Source: Octopus vulgaris
Lineage: Eukaryota
DNA length: 64,000 bases
Direction: 5' to 3'
NCBI GenBank assembly: GCA_951406725.2
Contig: OX597814.1
Span: 225,370,001 to 225,434,000, forward strand
Under the pieces are notes generated by a model. The model did no database searches, was not told the DNA's origin, and saw only the letters and a list, made by a program, of their open reading frames with translations. Both the position numbers and the translations under genes were made by a program. Shown in pieces: positions 1-12,947 of the stretch (its first letter is position 1; each line of letters begins with the position of its first letter).

Positions 1-216
1 TGAATGAGTTGTCCGATAACTTAATACAAGCCAGATATTGAGAAAGGTTGCAGAAACCTTTGAATAGACTGCCCGAGCTTCAATACTTTTAATATAATTC
101 AATAAACTCCTGGTTGGTTGTAAGTAGATATAATAAAATCCTTGATAGCTATAGTGACCATGATGACTACAGTAGTTATTAAAATGATGCTGAAAATAAT
201 GATTATGACGATGATA

Positions 217-249
<33 letters not shown>

Positions 250-961
250 CTGCTGTAGGTGATAGCGTTCTCACTGGTTCTGGAGTGTGGTTTGTTGCTG
301 ATGTAATCGGTAGTTGCTGAACATTCTACATAGAGAGCTGCTCATATTCGTAGAGTGCGCAAGAATTTCATATAACTTTACTTGATAGAAAAATCTGTTT
401 AAAACTTCTAAACTAAATACATGACATGGAACTTAAGGTTAACATTAGTCTAATAGATCATTTTTATGTGTTGATAAAAATAAGCGTGAAATTCATTCGT
501 AAAATTTCAAAAGGAATATAAATTATCAACTTCAACGTAATCTACAATTACGTTTAATTTTAAAATATGCAGTGATTTCATTTACGGAGATTGCAAAGAG
601 TGAGTTACAAATATCATATATAATTTGTAAGTATTGATTCGATGATTAATCAGACACGTTCGTTGTCATATGAAAATCCAATAAAATAGACATTAATATA
701 CTTTACTACATAGTAAACTGGCACTCCGTCGGTTGCGACGACGAGGGTTCCTGTTGATTCGATCAACAGAACAGCTTGCAAGCAATTTTCTAGAAGCTTT
801 GGTTCGAAAGTCTTTCCGAATTACTGATTTTTCTAAACCAAGGGTGGTCGCCTAGATCAACACGCTCTAAATTAAATACATTAAATTTACTTAAATAATT
901 AAATGAAATTCAGGTAGATTTGCATTGAAATACAGGTATCTGTAAATGGTACAAGATTATT

Positions 962-1543
962 CTTTTCTACTCTAGGCATAAGTCTCGAAATTATTTGGGA
1001 GGGGCTAGTCGATTAGATTGTCCCCAGTACGCGACTGGTACTTAATTTATCGACCTCGAAGGGATGAAAGGCAAAGTCGACCTCGGCGGAATTTGAACTC
1101 AGAACGTAAAGACAGACGAAATACCTATTTCCTCACTACCCACAAGGGGCTAAACACAAAGAGGACAAACAAGAACAGACAAACGGATTAAGTCGATTAT
1201 ATTGACCCCAGTGCGTAACTGGTACTTATTTAATCGACCCCGAAAGGAGGAAAGGCAAAGTCTTCCACGGCGGAAGTTGAACGCAGAACGTAACGGCAGA
1301 CGAAATACCTATTTCTTTACTATCCACAACGGGCTTAACAAAGAAGAGACAAACAAGGACAGACAAACGGATTAAGTCGATTATATTGACCCCAGTGCGT
1401 AACTGGTACTTATTTAATCGACCCCGAGAGGATGAAAGGCAAAGTCGACCTCGGCGGAATATTAACTCAGAACGTAGCGGGAGACGAAAATACCGCTAAG
1501 CATTTTGTCCGGTGTGCTAACGTTTCTGCCAGCTCGCCGCCTT
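962..1543 (-). mobile_element. tRNA-derived SINE family A, trimeric array (two units with Tx1-like tail, one with tail B)
   Basis: Head GGCGGCGAGCTGGCAGAAACGTTAGCA; core GTCGACTTTGCCTTTCATCCTTTCGGGGTCGAT...AAGTACCAG (MetaSINE-like) present three times; 17-bp TSD aatggtac(a/c)agattatt at 945-961 and 1544-1560. Confidence 0.85.
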
Positions 1544-1774
1544 AATGGTACCAGATTATTAATAGTTTACCGTACAAGGTACTATTCAGTACAAGGTAAA
1601 AGATAACCAGTTTGGCAGCAGGGTATTTGAAGTACCTGTTTGGGGTAAGATATAATAGTTTAACAGAAACCCTTGAACAACATTCTATCGCAATTCTCTT
1701 AGTTGTGTAAGGTGTTTAAGTATAGCTAGAGAACATGTTTGTGTGTGTTTGTGTGTGTGTGTGGAGGAGTTGTA

Positions 1775-2245
1775 TGCATGTATGCCATTATTTAGTTTTA
1801 TTTCAAGATTTCTTGCCAATAGAGAATGAGTGGTTTTGTAACCAACATCAACAACAGGGTAATTTTGTACGTATGTATTCGTGCATATTTGTATGTTCTA
1901 TTTTATGTATGTCTTCTCATACATATAGTTGTATATCAAGGCATGTTCATATATACTTAAATGATAAACTTATGAAAAGTTTTACAGACTTTTACCGTTC
2001 CAGAGATGGATTAGATCAGCTCTCTCCTTTCTGGTTGTGAGGAGCCTTATATGCATGTATGTATGTTATTATTCAGTTTATTTCAAGATTTCTTGCCAAT
2101 AGAGAAAGAACCGGTTTCTAACCTAGATTCAAGGCTCCTTCATTTAAATTTCAACATCAACAGGATATTTTTGTTTCCTTGTATGTATGCATGTATGTAT
2201 GTATGTATGTATGTATGCATGTATGTATGTATGTATGTATGTATG

Positions 2246-2279
<34 letters not shown>

Positions 2280-2408
2280 TGTATGTGTAGATTTGTATGT
2301 TTTATGTATGTGTTCTCATGCATATAGTTGCATATCTGGACATGCTCATATATATTTAAATTATAAACTTCTGGAAAGTTTTACAGATTTTTACATTTCC
2401 AGTGATGT
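1775..2408 (-). mobile_element. Two tandem 3'-end fragments of an R4/Dong-like LINE within (CATA)n
   Basis: Both match the ORF end (KICKTFQKFII*) and 3'UTR of the element at 27650-28840; bordered by (TATG)n. Confidence 0.7.
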
Positions 2409-2565
2409 ATGTATGCATGCATGTATGTATGTATGTATGTATGTATGTATGTATGTATGTATGTATGTATGTATGTATGTATGTATGTGTGTGTGTATGT
2501 ATGTATGTATGTATGCATGTATGCATGTATGTATGTATGTATGCATGTATGCATGTGTATATGTA
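2180..2565. repeat. (TATG)n microsatellite tracts
   Basis: Direct observation; explains the MYVC/HTYI ORFs. Confidence 0.95.
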
Positions 2566-2569
2566 TAAC

Positions 2570-2682
2570 TGCTGAGTGTGGAAAATAGCATAATTTTGCC
2601 TACGTTTGATAACATTATAAGAAGCAGACCAGAACCCAGAAAAGTGCCTTGCAGTATTCCACTCATCACAGATTTTTCCAAT
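2570..2682 (-). mobile_element. Degenerate CR1/L2-type RT fragment
   Basis: SVMSGILQGTFLGSGLLLI resembles the RT motif VxSGVPQGxVLGPLLF. Confidence 0.55.
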
Positions 2683-3425
2683 AGATATAAATTTTAGAGG
2701 AAAATTTTGTAAATTAATGTATTAACTACTATATAATTTTATATAAATGGATTTATTAGAAAGTGTAATTGGTTTAACTACTAAATGGAGTTAATTCGGT
2801 ATCCTTCAATTTCTTTAGTTTCTAGCTAAGTTAATTGGTACAAAAGTATACAAAACAATACAAATCTATTAATATTAATTTATTACAGCTTTCTTTTGCA
2901 TTTTTTCTGGAAAATACCTCTTCCATTTTATACCTGTATCTTTAATATGCATATTTGTGTGCGTGTATCTGTGTATGTGTGTGTGTGTGTATCTGTGTGA
3001 AACTGTATGTGTGTGCGTGTGTGTGAGTGTGTGTGTATCTGCTTGTGTGCCTGCTTGTATGTGCGTGTGTGTGAGACAGCGTATGTGTACATATAAAAAC
3101 CACAAAACGCCCTTCGCGTATACAAGTGTTCTTGTATTTTCCAGTGCATTGATTTTAAGCTGAAGTGGATTGTACAAGAAAGCATTAAATAAACCGATGC
3201 ACAATCAACTTGGTCAATTACGACTTTTATCTAATCTATAGCATTTTAATACAAACTACTAAACGTTAATGCAACTAACTGTTTTTCTTTTTTTGGTATT
3301 GCCATGTGAGATAAACCGTTAAGTCGTAAGTTCATCAACTGATGGCAAAATCTTGTCATTGCACATTGACCAGTAGGAGTGTTATTTGTGAACTGAAGTT
3401 TGCAAACATTTTTATTTATCATGAA

Positions 3426-3840
3426 GACGGCGAGCTGGCAGAAACGTTAGCACGCCGGGCGAAATGCTTAGCGGTATATCGTCTGTCGCTACGTTCTGAG
3501 TTCAAATTCCGCCGAGGTCGACTTTGCCTTTCATTCTTTCGGGGTCGATTAAATAAGTACCAGTTACGCACTGGGGTCGATATTATCGACTTAATCCGTT
3601 TGTCCTCTCTGTGTTTAGCCCCTTGTGGGTAGTAAAGAAATAGGTATATCGTCTGCCGCTACGTTCTGAGTTAATATTCCGCCGAGGTCGGCTTTGCCGT
3701 TCATTCTTTCGGGGTCGATTAAATAAGTACCAGTTACGCACTGGGGTCGATATTATCGACTTAATCCGTTTGTTCTCTCTGTGTTTAGCCCCTTGTTTGT
3801 CCCCTCTGAGTGTAGCGCCTTTTGGGCAGCAAAAAAAAGT
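3426..3840 (+). mobile_element. SINE family A dimer
   Basis: Head, core and Tx1-like tail, then a second unit from GGTATATCGTC; atttatcat on both flanks (TSD). Confidence 0.85.
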
Positions 3841-3849
3841 ATTTATCAT

Positions 3850-4170
3850 CTATTCCGAGGAGACGAAGTACCTAGTAGCCACCTTCCAGACTTTCCTTGG
3901 CTCGTGAAATCGATATAGTTGATGTTCAGCTTAAACAGCTGTATATTGATATCAGTAGAAAAAACGTGGGTAAATAAATAGTCCCAAAGTGGCACGATTC
4001 TGCGGAAGAAAGGGACATACAGTAGGAATGATACAATAGAGGGAAAAGAAGGGATGGTATATCGAATTTGCTTAGGTGCAAGTGCCAAGCAGCTTACAGA
4101 TTCAGAGGAAGAGAAAATGCTATGGATGCATGGCGTAGATGAGTCAGTTTTTTTCTGAGTACGAGTCAAG
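3850..4170 (-). mobile_element. Degenerate LINE 3' end (CR1/Jockey-like)
   Basis: PFFRRIVPLWDYL...VF...NIQLFKLNIN resembles the ORF2 C-terminal SFFxRxxxLWNxLP...FK motif. Confidence 0.5.
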
Positions 4171-4256
4171 ACTTATATATCTGTCGATGTAACGCATGAG
4201 TAAGAAAATCATTTACCTGAGAGTTTTTTTTTGTTTTATTTTGAAAAGATAATATA

Positions 4257-4430
4257 GGCGTAGGCGTGGTTATGTAGTATAAATCTTGCTTCCCAACCAC
4301 ATGGTTCCGGGTTCAGTCCCACAGCGTGGTACTTTGAACAAGTGCCTTCTACTATAGCCTCGAGTCGACCAGACCCTTGTGAGTAGATTTAGTAGACGGA
4401 AACTGAAAGACTGTTGCATATATACGTGTT

Positions 4431-4470
<40 letters not shown>

Positions 4471-4702
4471 CATCTTTGTGTCTGTGTTTGTACCCCACCA
4501 CCGCTTGGCAACCGGTGTTGGTATGTTTACGCTCCTGTTACTTTGCGTTTCGGCCAAAGAAATCGATAGAATAAGTACCAGGCTTAACAAAAGATAAGTA
4601 CTTGGATCGATTCATTCAACTACAAAAAAAAAAAGAATTTTTTAAGGTGGTGCCCCAGCATTGCCACAGTCTAATGACTGAAACAGGTAAAAGATAAAAG
4701 AT
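4257..4702 (+). mobile_element. tRNA-derived SINE family B with internal (TG)n
   Basis: B-box-like GGTTCAGTCCC, core GACGGAAACTGAAAGA, tail GACTGAAACAGGTAAAAGATAAAAG; many copies in the window. Confidence 0.85.
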
Positions 4703-4969
4703 AATGATATGGTATAACTAATGTGAGTAATTAACTTTTATTGAGTTTATCATAGAACAGTCAGTAGTATGATTAAGCATGCGTAGAGATGATGGTTGTA
4801 AAAGGTAAGGGTAGACAGTAATGTACCTTGAAGTGAATACTGCGAGTGACTGAAGGCTTCCTTGTTTATTTATTAATTTTATGTTGCGTCGGATGAACAA
4901 TAAAGTTATCGGTCGAATGTTTTCAACGATCCAATGACAGATTCACTGTGTTTCTGACAGCAGCAGCAA

Positions 4970-5380
4970 GTGGAGGCGGAATGGCCAATGGTTAGGGCAG
5001 CGGACTTGCGGTCGGAGGATCGCGGTTTCGATTCCCAGACCGGGTGTTGTGTGTGTTTATTGAGCAAAAACACCCAAAGCTCCACGAGGTTCCGGCAAGG
5101 GGTGGTCGTGACCCCTGTTGTACTGTTTTGCTCCAACTTTCTCTCACTCTTTCTTCCTGTTTCTTGTCCCCAACTTCCTACGCAACTGCTGAGCCTGGAT
5201 GCGCATTCATCCATCCGTCGATGCTCTCGGTGTCGGGGGTTGACCTGCTTTCTCTTCTGCGGATCTTGCGAATAGCAAAGGACCACGTTTCGGACTTCTC
5301 CCACTACAGACAATCTTGAGGCGCGATCTTGCGAGCTCTGGGACGAAGACCACTTCGCTCAACAAACAAACCAACAAACA
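4970..5380 (+). mobile_element. tRNA-derived SINE family C
   Basis: A box TGGCCAATGG, B box GTTTCGATTCCC, (AAAC)n tail, flanked by cagcagcagcaa-like duplication. Confidence 0.75.
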
Positions 5381-5599
5381 AACAGCAGCAGCAACAGGAT
5401 CAGCAATGGTGAAATAAAACAATTTACCTAAGAACACAACAAACATACTGGACCGAGAATTGAACTCGAAACCTTGTGATCGGAATCCCAGTTCTCTAAC
5501 CACTAGGCTGCATGCTTTCTGAGTATAATATTTACTTATTGCATGTTGGGAATAGTAGTGACGCACTGTTGATAGCTTTAGGAATGGCAACAAATTAGT

Positions 5600-5990
5600 T
5601 TACTCTTTTACTTGTTTCAGTCATTTGACTGCGGCCATGCTGGAGCACCGCCTTTAGTCGAGCAAATCGACCCCAGGACTTATTCTTTGTAAGCCTAATA
5701 CTTTTTTCTATTGGTCTCTTTTGCCGAACCGCTAAGTGATGGGGACGTAAACACACCAGCATCAGTTGTCAAGCGATGTTGGGGAGACAAACACAGACAC
5801 ACAAACACACACATATACATATACATATATACGACAGGCTTCTTTCAGTTTCCGTCTACCAAATCCACTCACAAGGCTTTAGTCGGTCCGAGGCTATAGT
5901 ATAAGACACTTGCCCAAGGTGCCACGCAGTGGGACTGAACCCGGAACTATGTGGTTGGTAAGCAAGCTACTTACCACACAGCCACTCCGG
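5600..5990 (-). mobile_element. SINE family B
   Basis: Reverse complement matches 4257-4702. Confidence 0.85.
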
Positions 5991-8377
5991 CTGATGATTT
6001 TTAAATTTAAATCTCTATTTTGCGTAAGAGCACATCTACAAAAGGAACAATTTAAAAGCCATCATGGGAACATGGAATAGAAATGAGGGACTTCAGGTAG
6101 AAAATGTCTTGTTAAACATTGATTTCGGTTGGCTGCGGTCATCGCTGCCGTCTTTGTCCTCCTCGTCGTCGTTTCCCGTGGGTCAGTCCCGATCAAACAT
6201 ATCAATGATCAGTTATTTCAGCCTGGATCATTTTGTGATTTTATGAGTATCTAAAACACTTTATCCAATTCTTCTTTCTCTTCATAACGGTATGGTGTGA
6301 TTCAAGGAAATTTTGTTTGCTATTTTTAGCAAGTCTTGTCGCCGTTCGGTTGTTTCCCGGGGAAAACTTGGTTGTCAGTAGTGTAAATTATATAATTGGT
6401 CGGTTCGCTGTCATTTTATTTGTGCTTAATTCTCGTTTTCGACAAGATAAGAAATAAAATCGACTTAAGCAAGAACTCAACATTAAACAGTGAGTTAATA
6501 CCTCAAAGTACATCAAATCCACGTATTTACTACCTCATCTTTGAAACGTAAATATTTTAGCTGTTCCAAGGACTAGAGATTTCAGAATCAATGAAATACC
6601 AAACTTAACGGATCTATATTTATCCCCGTTTCCATTCTAAGCTAAAATCCTCCTCCATTCACGTATCACCTTTGATTTTCTTTCTTCTTGAGTTGATCAA
6701 ATGCGTACCAGTAATATATTGTAAGAAGATACGATTGACTATACATCTCCCTTATAAATTGGGTTTATTTTGTCGATGTAAAGGAAATGTTGATTGTAGT
6801 TATTAGAACCCGATATGTTTTCAAAAGAAAGCACTGAGCAGTGGATTCATTGTTTTATTGTATTGAAAACCATTGGGTTTGACTTTGGTTTCTGTTCATC
6901 AGATATTGATAAAATAAGGGATATGAGTGATATGTTGGTATCAGCTCTATTGATCATAATTCTCTTTTAATCATCCTTAATCAATAGATATCAATATAAA
7001 CATTACACTGACTGAATATAGAAGCGTCTACGAGCTCGATCGACCTGCTTAAAATGACAACTAATCACCCCATAACACATCTTTTGCTGTCTTCGATGGG
7101 AATACCTTGGATAATACGGTTTTTTGGGTTCACTGTACAATGTTAAAAAAGATGGAATGGTCATGAAACGGAATGGCTTTTGATTGTATGTCTTTTTGTC
7201 CAAGGTTGATTTGAGATAAACCAATTGCTTACTCGACGTGCAAGAAGTAGTGATTAAATCTTCCTTAAATAAAAATTGCTGTTCAGGAAAGGAATGGAAA
7301 CGTTCAGAAACATAGTTATGTACATACCTAAAATGAAGTGATAGCCAAGGTTAGAATGTCTGTAACCATATCTACGCGTTGTTAGGGTTACAATAGCAAT
7401 CGCATTACAGTACAAAGTGCTACTAGCTCTCAAGCACGCCTCGTAGTTGTGCATATGTAATTGATTACTGACGGAAATGTTCATGTTATGTAAGTACATC
7501 ACAAGTTAGCAGCCTTTATCTCTTCTAATGTAAAAGAAAATAAATAAAAATAAGTAGGTGAAAAGTTATCATCTTATTATCTGACTATATAACTAAAAAT
7601 CACCATGAAATCCAACGTGATAACGGAAAAATGTGTAACAGTTAATAAAGCATTGCATATTTTACTGTAAAAATATTGGGAATATTTATCAGAACTCCAT
7701 TCAGTAAATAGCTAAAAGTGAAGGACCCTGTCTCTGAAATACAAAACTTTTTCAGAGAAAATTCCATTCCTGACTTACAAGCATTACCATCCAGTGCAGT
7801 CATCCCCTCTTTACGTTACTTTGCTACAGTTTTGGTATCCATAATAATTATACTTAACTGTGGGAAGACTTCTAGACATTTTATAAGCAGTTTTCATTGA
7901 ATTGTTACTTTTTTGTTATCCTCCTTTTTCTGTTTCGGAATACTCAGAATATCAGCTGGAAGGAGATCGTGAAAAGGCTTAATCTGTTCTTTTGGAATAA
8001 CAAAGATGATCACTGTTGGATATAAATTTAATCGTTTACAATGTGGCGGCTTAGCTATTTTCCTTTTTAGTTATAATAATTGTAAAAACTTGATGAATTT
8101 CACTTTCTGATGTAAGGAGTCAAATTAGATACTTATTTCTTTAAAGCTTTTATCATTTCATCGGGACCTATTCGAACAGATTTGTGTTACTTGTTAAGTC
8201 TAGGACTAAGGGAATTATCCATATTTGATGCAACCCCTCCGTGGCCATTGAGCTTGACGCTGCTAATGTTCCGTTAAAACTGCTTCACATTAACATCTGC
8301 AGGCAAGTCATAAGCAGTGAAAAGATTCCAAAGAGCCGATACTCTGTGGAGTATCGTTGACTAAAGTTCAGCATATA

Positions 8378-8540
8378 GGAGCAGTCATAGATGTGTGGTT
8401 TAGGAGTTCGCTTTTTGATCACGTGGTTTAGTATCTAGTCCCATCGTGCGGTACCTTGAGAAAGTTTCTTTTATTACAGTCCCAGATCGACCAATGTATA
8501 CCTTGTGAGTGAATTTTGTAGGCGGAAACTAAAATAAGCT

Positions 8541-8580
<40 letters not shown>

Positions 8581-8825
8581 ATATATAAATTATATATATA
8601 AGGTAGGGGTGTTTGCATTTGCGTTTGCCCACACTCACACGCACCGCTTAATAACTGGTGTTGGTTTGTTTAAGCCCTCGTAACTTAGCAGTTTGGAAAA
8701 AGTTAACGATAGGCTAATTACTAGACTCAAAAATAAGTACTGCGGTAAATTTATTCGACTAAGCTTTTAAAGTGGTATTCCAGCATGGCCGCAGTCCAAT
8801 TTACTGAATTTGGTAAAAGAGTAAA
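8378..8825 (+). mobile_element. SINE family B (diverged)
   Basis: Same head, core and tail as 4257-4702. Confidence 0.75.
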
Positions 8826-9707
8826 CAGCAAAACAGAATTTAAAAGGATCAATGTATTTTTGACCATTTGCAAAAGCATGTGAAAAAACCTACTTTGATA
8901 ACATCTGCAACTTAGAAGCGCTGCTATTGAATTACAACGTGACATGACTTCTGTATCACATTGTATAAACGGGAATCTCACCTCGAAGAATGACATTGGC
9001 ATTTGCTGCTTTCAAATAAGCTGAAATTTTTAAACACATTAAAAACGTTTCCAAATCCGTTTCACACTTTTGTGAAGGTGATATTTGTTTGAAAGATGAA
9101 AAAAAGCTATTTAACTCTTTTAGAGCGATGGCAGTTAAAAAAAAAACAACAACAAAAAAACATTGATAGCTTTGAACCAATATAGGAGCTTTTATTTGGT
9201 TATTCAGCTTGCTAAAAATAGCAGCAAAATCTCTCTGGCCACATGGTGCTGTTTTAAGAAAAGGAAGAACACATTAGATAATGTAGTCCTAGATAGGCCT
9301 AAAAAAGATGAGATGATCATTACAGGGATGCCTTTGATCTTGATTCTACACGATTGGGATTGACTTAGGGTTAAACTTCAACAGCAGCAACAGAAATGTT
9401 CCTGACCTTGTTTGATGTCATATGTAAGTACCAAGACTCTAACGAATGAAATCACCCAAAACAGATCCTATTGCAATAACGAAATATTGGTACAGAGATT
9501 CCTAACACTAATTGTCCGGGATCTCTTATTATCTGCACAAATTTACGAGCGGGAACTTCAGATACCCGCGGCCGCCAGACTAGTTTACTAGTACCTTCCA
9601 CAGACTAGTACTTTGCGCGGTACAGTGTTAATAAACTTGTATTGCTTATGGGAATGCACAAGTATCTGAATCTCATTTAACTATTTAAGTAAATTTAATA
9701 TTTGCTT

Positions 9708-10035
9708 AGTGAAGGCGTATAGCACAGTAGCTAGAGCGGCTGGTTTACTACAATTCTGAGGTTGTGAATTCGGTTCTCGAACTGGGTTGTGTTCTTGAGC
9801 AGGACACTTTATTTTCACGTTTCCCCAGTTCATTCAGCTGTAGAAATAAGTTGCGATGTCACTGGTGCCAAGCTGTATTGGCCTTTGCCTTTCCCTTGGA
9901 TAATATCAGTGGCGTGAAGAGGGAAGACTGGTATGCATAGACGACTGCTTGTCTTACATAAACAACCTTACCCGGACTTGTGCCTCAATGGGGAACTTTC
10001 CAGGTGCAATCCCATGGTCATTCATGACCGAATGA
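9708..10035 (+). mobile_element. tRNA-derived SINE
   Basis: GTGAAGGCG...AGTAGCTAGAGCG head and GTGTTCTTGAGCAGGACACTTTATTTTCACG body shared with 25749 and 57285 copies. Confidence 0.65.
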
Positions 10036-10393
10036 GTTTTTTTTTATTTTAATATTTGCGTAATTTAATGTATGCTGACCAAGATGCCCACTTCTGGTTT
10101 GGAAAAATCAGTAATCCAGAAAGGCTCTGGAACCAAAGGCTTCGGAAAATTTATGTGTTATCTGTATTGAAATGTTTTGCGGCTCAGAAGCATAAACTAA
10201 GGAGTTGTTTTATGTCCTTATATAGAGCGGAAGGAAAACAACCGGTATTGAATGTGCTTAACTGAGACAGTGGAACAATTCAATAAAATTCATAACATAT
10301 ATTATAATAACTTTACCTTACATTAACATAATGTACTAAACTACACCAATAGCACTGAATTGCACTACATCAACACATCATACAGTACCGTGC

Positions 10394-10444
<51 letters not shown>

Positions 10445-10734
10445 CGGGGAATGAGGGTGCCGGAGATGGCAGTAGTAGAACCGTCGAGATACACCCATTT
10501 GTCAGATGCAAGCGAATATGATGTGGTAGAAGGTACCATGCTTTCGCTAATTATTTTAGATGCCTATATAGCTGCGAGCAGACAAAGATAGCTTCTCGGT
10601 CCCCTACGCCATCCATCCCGAAGATCACCCAGAAAGGAGCAACTGAAGGAAGTGCGGACGCAATTTGGCGGGAATGAATGTAACATGGTTGGATTACAGA
10701 AAAGCATATGACATGGTACTGCACAGTTGGATAA

Positions 10735-12370
10735 GCAAAACAGAGCCTATTTGGAGGGGTAGAAATGATGAAACATTGGAATACTGAACTGATTGGAGGA
10801 GAGCTAAACCTTTACAAAGTGAACATCAGCTGTGTTATATTTCAAGTTGATAGCTTATCTCTATTACTATTTGTATTGGCCATGATACCGCTCAGTTTGA
10901 TATTACGCGAAGTTAAAATAGCTTATGATTTGGGAAAATGATATCATCAGATAAATCATCTCCTTTTTATGGATGATTTAAAGCTTTATGCGAAAATGAG
11001 AAGCAGTTTGAAAATATTGTACATACTGTTCGCGTTTTCTCAAATGATGTAGGTATGGAATCTGGGATTGAAAAGTGCGCTATATTGATAATGAAATGAG
11101 GTAGATTTGAAAGAAGCCATGGAATTGAAATGCCAAATGGGCAAACAATAAAAGCAGTTGAGAAAGAACAGCGGTATGAGTATTTGGGAATGCTGGAAGC
11201 AGATGAAATAAAACACGGAGAAAACAAATTGCCAGTAGGAAGTATGCAAAGAGAGTAAGAAAAATATTACAAAGTCGAACGCAAAAAATGTTATTGAAGT
11301 CCTGGTTTGAGGAATAATTCATTGGCATTTTTTTCAAATTTCAAATTTTAAAATGCACGCAGAAATAAAACGCACAGACAAAATGTGTTATGTTATTTAA
11401 ATGAGAATCTTTTGCTCTTCAAGATAGTGTGTTTTGATTTTTAAATTTTATTGATTTTTTTGTATTTTCAGAACATTAAAATAGAATGGCAAGTGGACAA
11501 CGCTGAGCATTTCCGACACCATTTGCTTTCTGTATTTAATCGATGTGTTAAGGCCCCGAAGCCGTTCGTAAAATTTGTGCTATGTATGGAGACGGAACAT
11601 TTCCTCAAAGTACCACCCGCCGTTGGTTTACGCGCTTCAAAAATGAAACATTGACCTTAAGGTTGGATCACATACCTGTCGACCAAATGAGATCGATGAC
11701 GAGCGATTGAATCAACGTCTTCACGGAAATCACTAGAGAATTGGCGGAGCAGATGGATTGGGATAAAAAAAATTGGGATAAAAAAAACTGTGGTGAACCA
11801 CTTTCACTCAATGGGCAAGGTTCAGGAAGGCGGCACTTGAGTGCAACCCAAAGCCCGTCCTCACATATCCAATTTGACCAAAGCCGCGGTTCAAGAACTT
11901 AAATGGGAAGTGCTGCCTCACCCACCGTGCTCTCCTGACATGGCGCCGTCAGATTTTCATTTCTTTCGACCGCTTTCGAACGCTTTGGGCGGTGTGTCGT
12001 TCAATAATGACGTGGAATTGAGGGCTTGGTTCGACGAATTCTTTGAGTCAAGAGCGGGAAATTTCTATCGCCGAGGTATCGAAAAACTTATTGAACGATG
12101 GGAGAAAATTGTAAACAACAACGGAGAGTATATTATTGATTTTTAATTTGTTGTTTTGTTTTTGTTTAAAATAAATTTGAAAAACGCTCAAGAATTATTC
12201 CTCAACCCCAATAATAAATGCAAGAGTAGTACCGGTAATCAGATATGGAGTTGGAATTGTAGACTGGATAAAATGTGAGAAACCTGTTGACTATGTAATG
12301 GAGCCAACCATCGGAAAGTTAATATCAACCGGTTGTATTTGAAGAGTGACCAGAGTGGAAAAAGGCTCAA
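10735..12370 (+). mobile_element. R4/Dong-like LINE RT fragment split by a mariner
   Basis: IFQVDSLSLLLFVLAMIPL, INHLLFMDDLKLYAK, YEYLGMLEA; resumes as INARVVPVIRYGVGIVDW after 12214. Confidence 0.8.
11304..12213 (+). mobile_element. Mariner transposon, internally deleted
   Basis: TIRs TTGAGGAATAATTC / GAATTATTCCTCAA; ORF 11841-12146 with NARPH-like KARPH, HPPCSPDMAPSDFHFF and NNGEYI. Confidence 0.9.
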
Positions 12371-12384
12371 TAGAGTTTCTCCCA

Positions 12385-12480
12385 GAATGATGTTGCCTTC
12401 CCCTAAGCCTCTATAGAACGCCAAAGTGGAACTTCCACCGACCGCGTTGCCCGACTGCCAGAAGACAATGACTACCTGAC
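12385..12480 (-). mobile_element. Short Tx1-like ORF2 fragment
   Basis: STLAFYRGLGEG resembles TAKAFYRGLVEG of the Tx1 ORF2 near 50030. Confidence 0.45.
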
Positions 12481-12520
12481 GACTTATAATTATGCTAGTA
12501 GTAGTAGCAGCAGTAGCAAA

Positions 12521-12872
12521 GGTGGCGAGCTGCCAGAAAGGTTAGCACACCGGGCGAAATGCGTAGCCGTATTTCGTCTGCTGTTATGTTCTGAGTTCAA
12601 ATTCCGCCGAGGTCGACTGTGCCTTTCATCCTTTCGGGGTCGATTAAATAAGTACCAGTTACGCACTGGGGTCGATATAATCGACTTTAACCGTTTTTCT
12701 ATCCTTGTTTGTCCACTCTGTGTTTAGCCCCTTGTGGGTAGTAAAGAAATATGTATTTCGTCTGCCGCTACGTTCAGAGTTAATATTCCGCCGAGGTCGA
12801 CTTTGCCTTTCATCCTTTCGGGGTCGGTTTGTCCCATCTATATTTAGCCCCTTTTGGGCAATAAAGAAATAT
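12521..12872 (+). mobile_element. SINE family A dimer in a (GTA)n tract
   Basis: Head, core, Tx1-like tail; second unit starts GTATTTCGTC and is internally deleted. Confidence 0.85.
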
Positions 12873-12886
12873 GTAGTAGCAGCAAC

Positions 12887-12947
<61 letters not shown>

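Noticed and set aside
1-330. Possible minus-strand exon with a (CAT)n tract
   Set aside because: All frames from the putative acceptor hit stops and no recognisable domain is present
1735-3204. Many ORFs of MYVC, HTHT and CVCV type (also YIYI, LSIY and polyV elsewhere)
   Set aside because: They are translations of microsatellites, not genes
4970-5045. tRNA-like sequences at SINE heads
   Set aside because: They continue into SINE bodies and lack a full cloverleaf; not tRNA genes
10445-10700. Possible further Tx1 ORF2 pieces on the minus strand
   Set aside because: Weak similarity and not colinear with the 12385-12480 fragment
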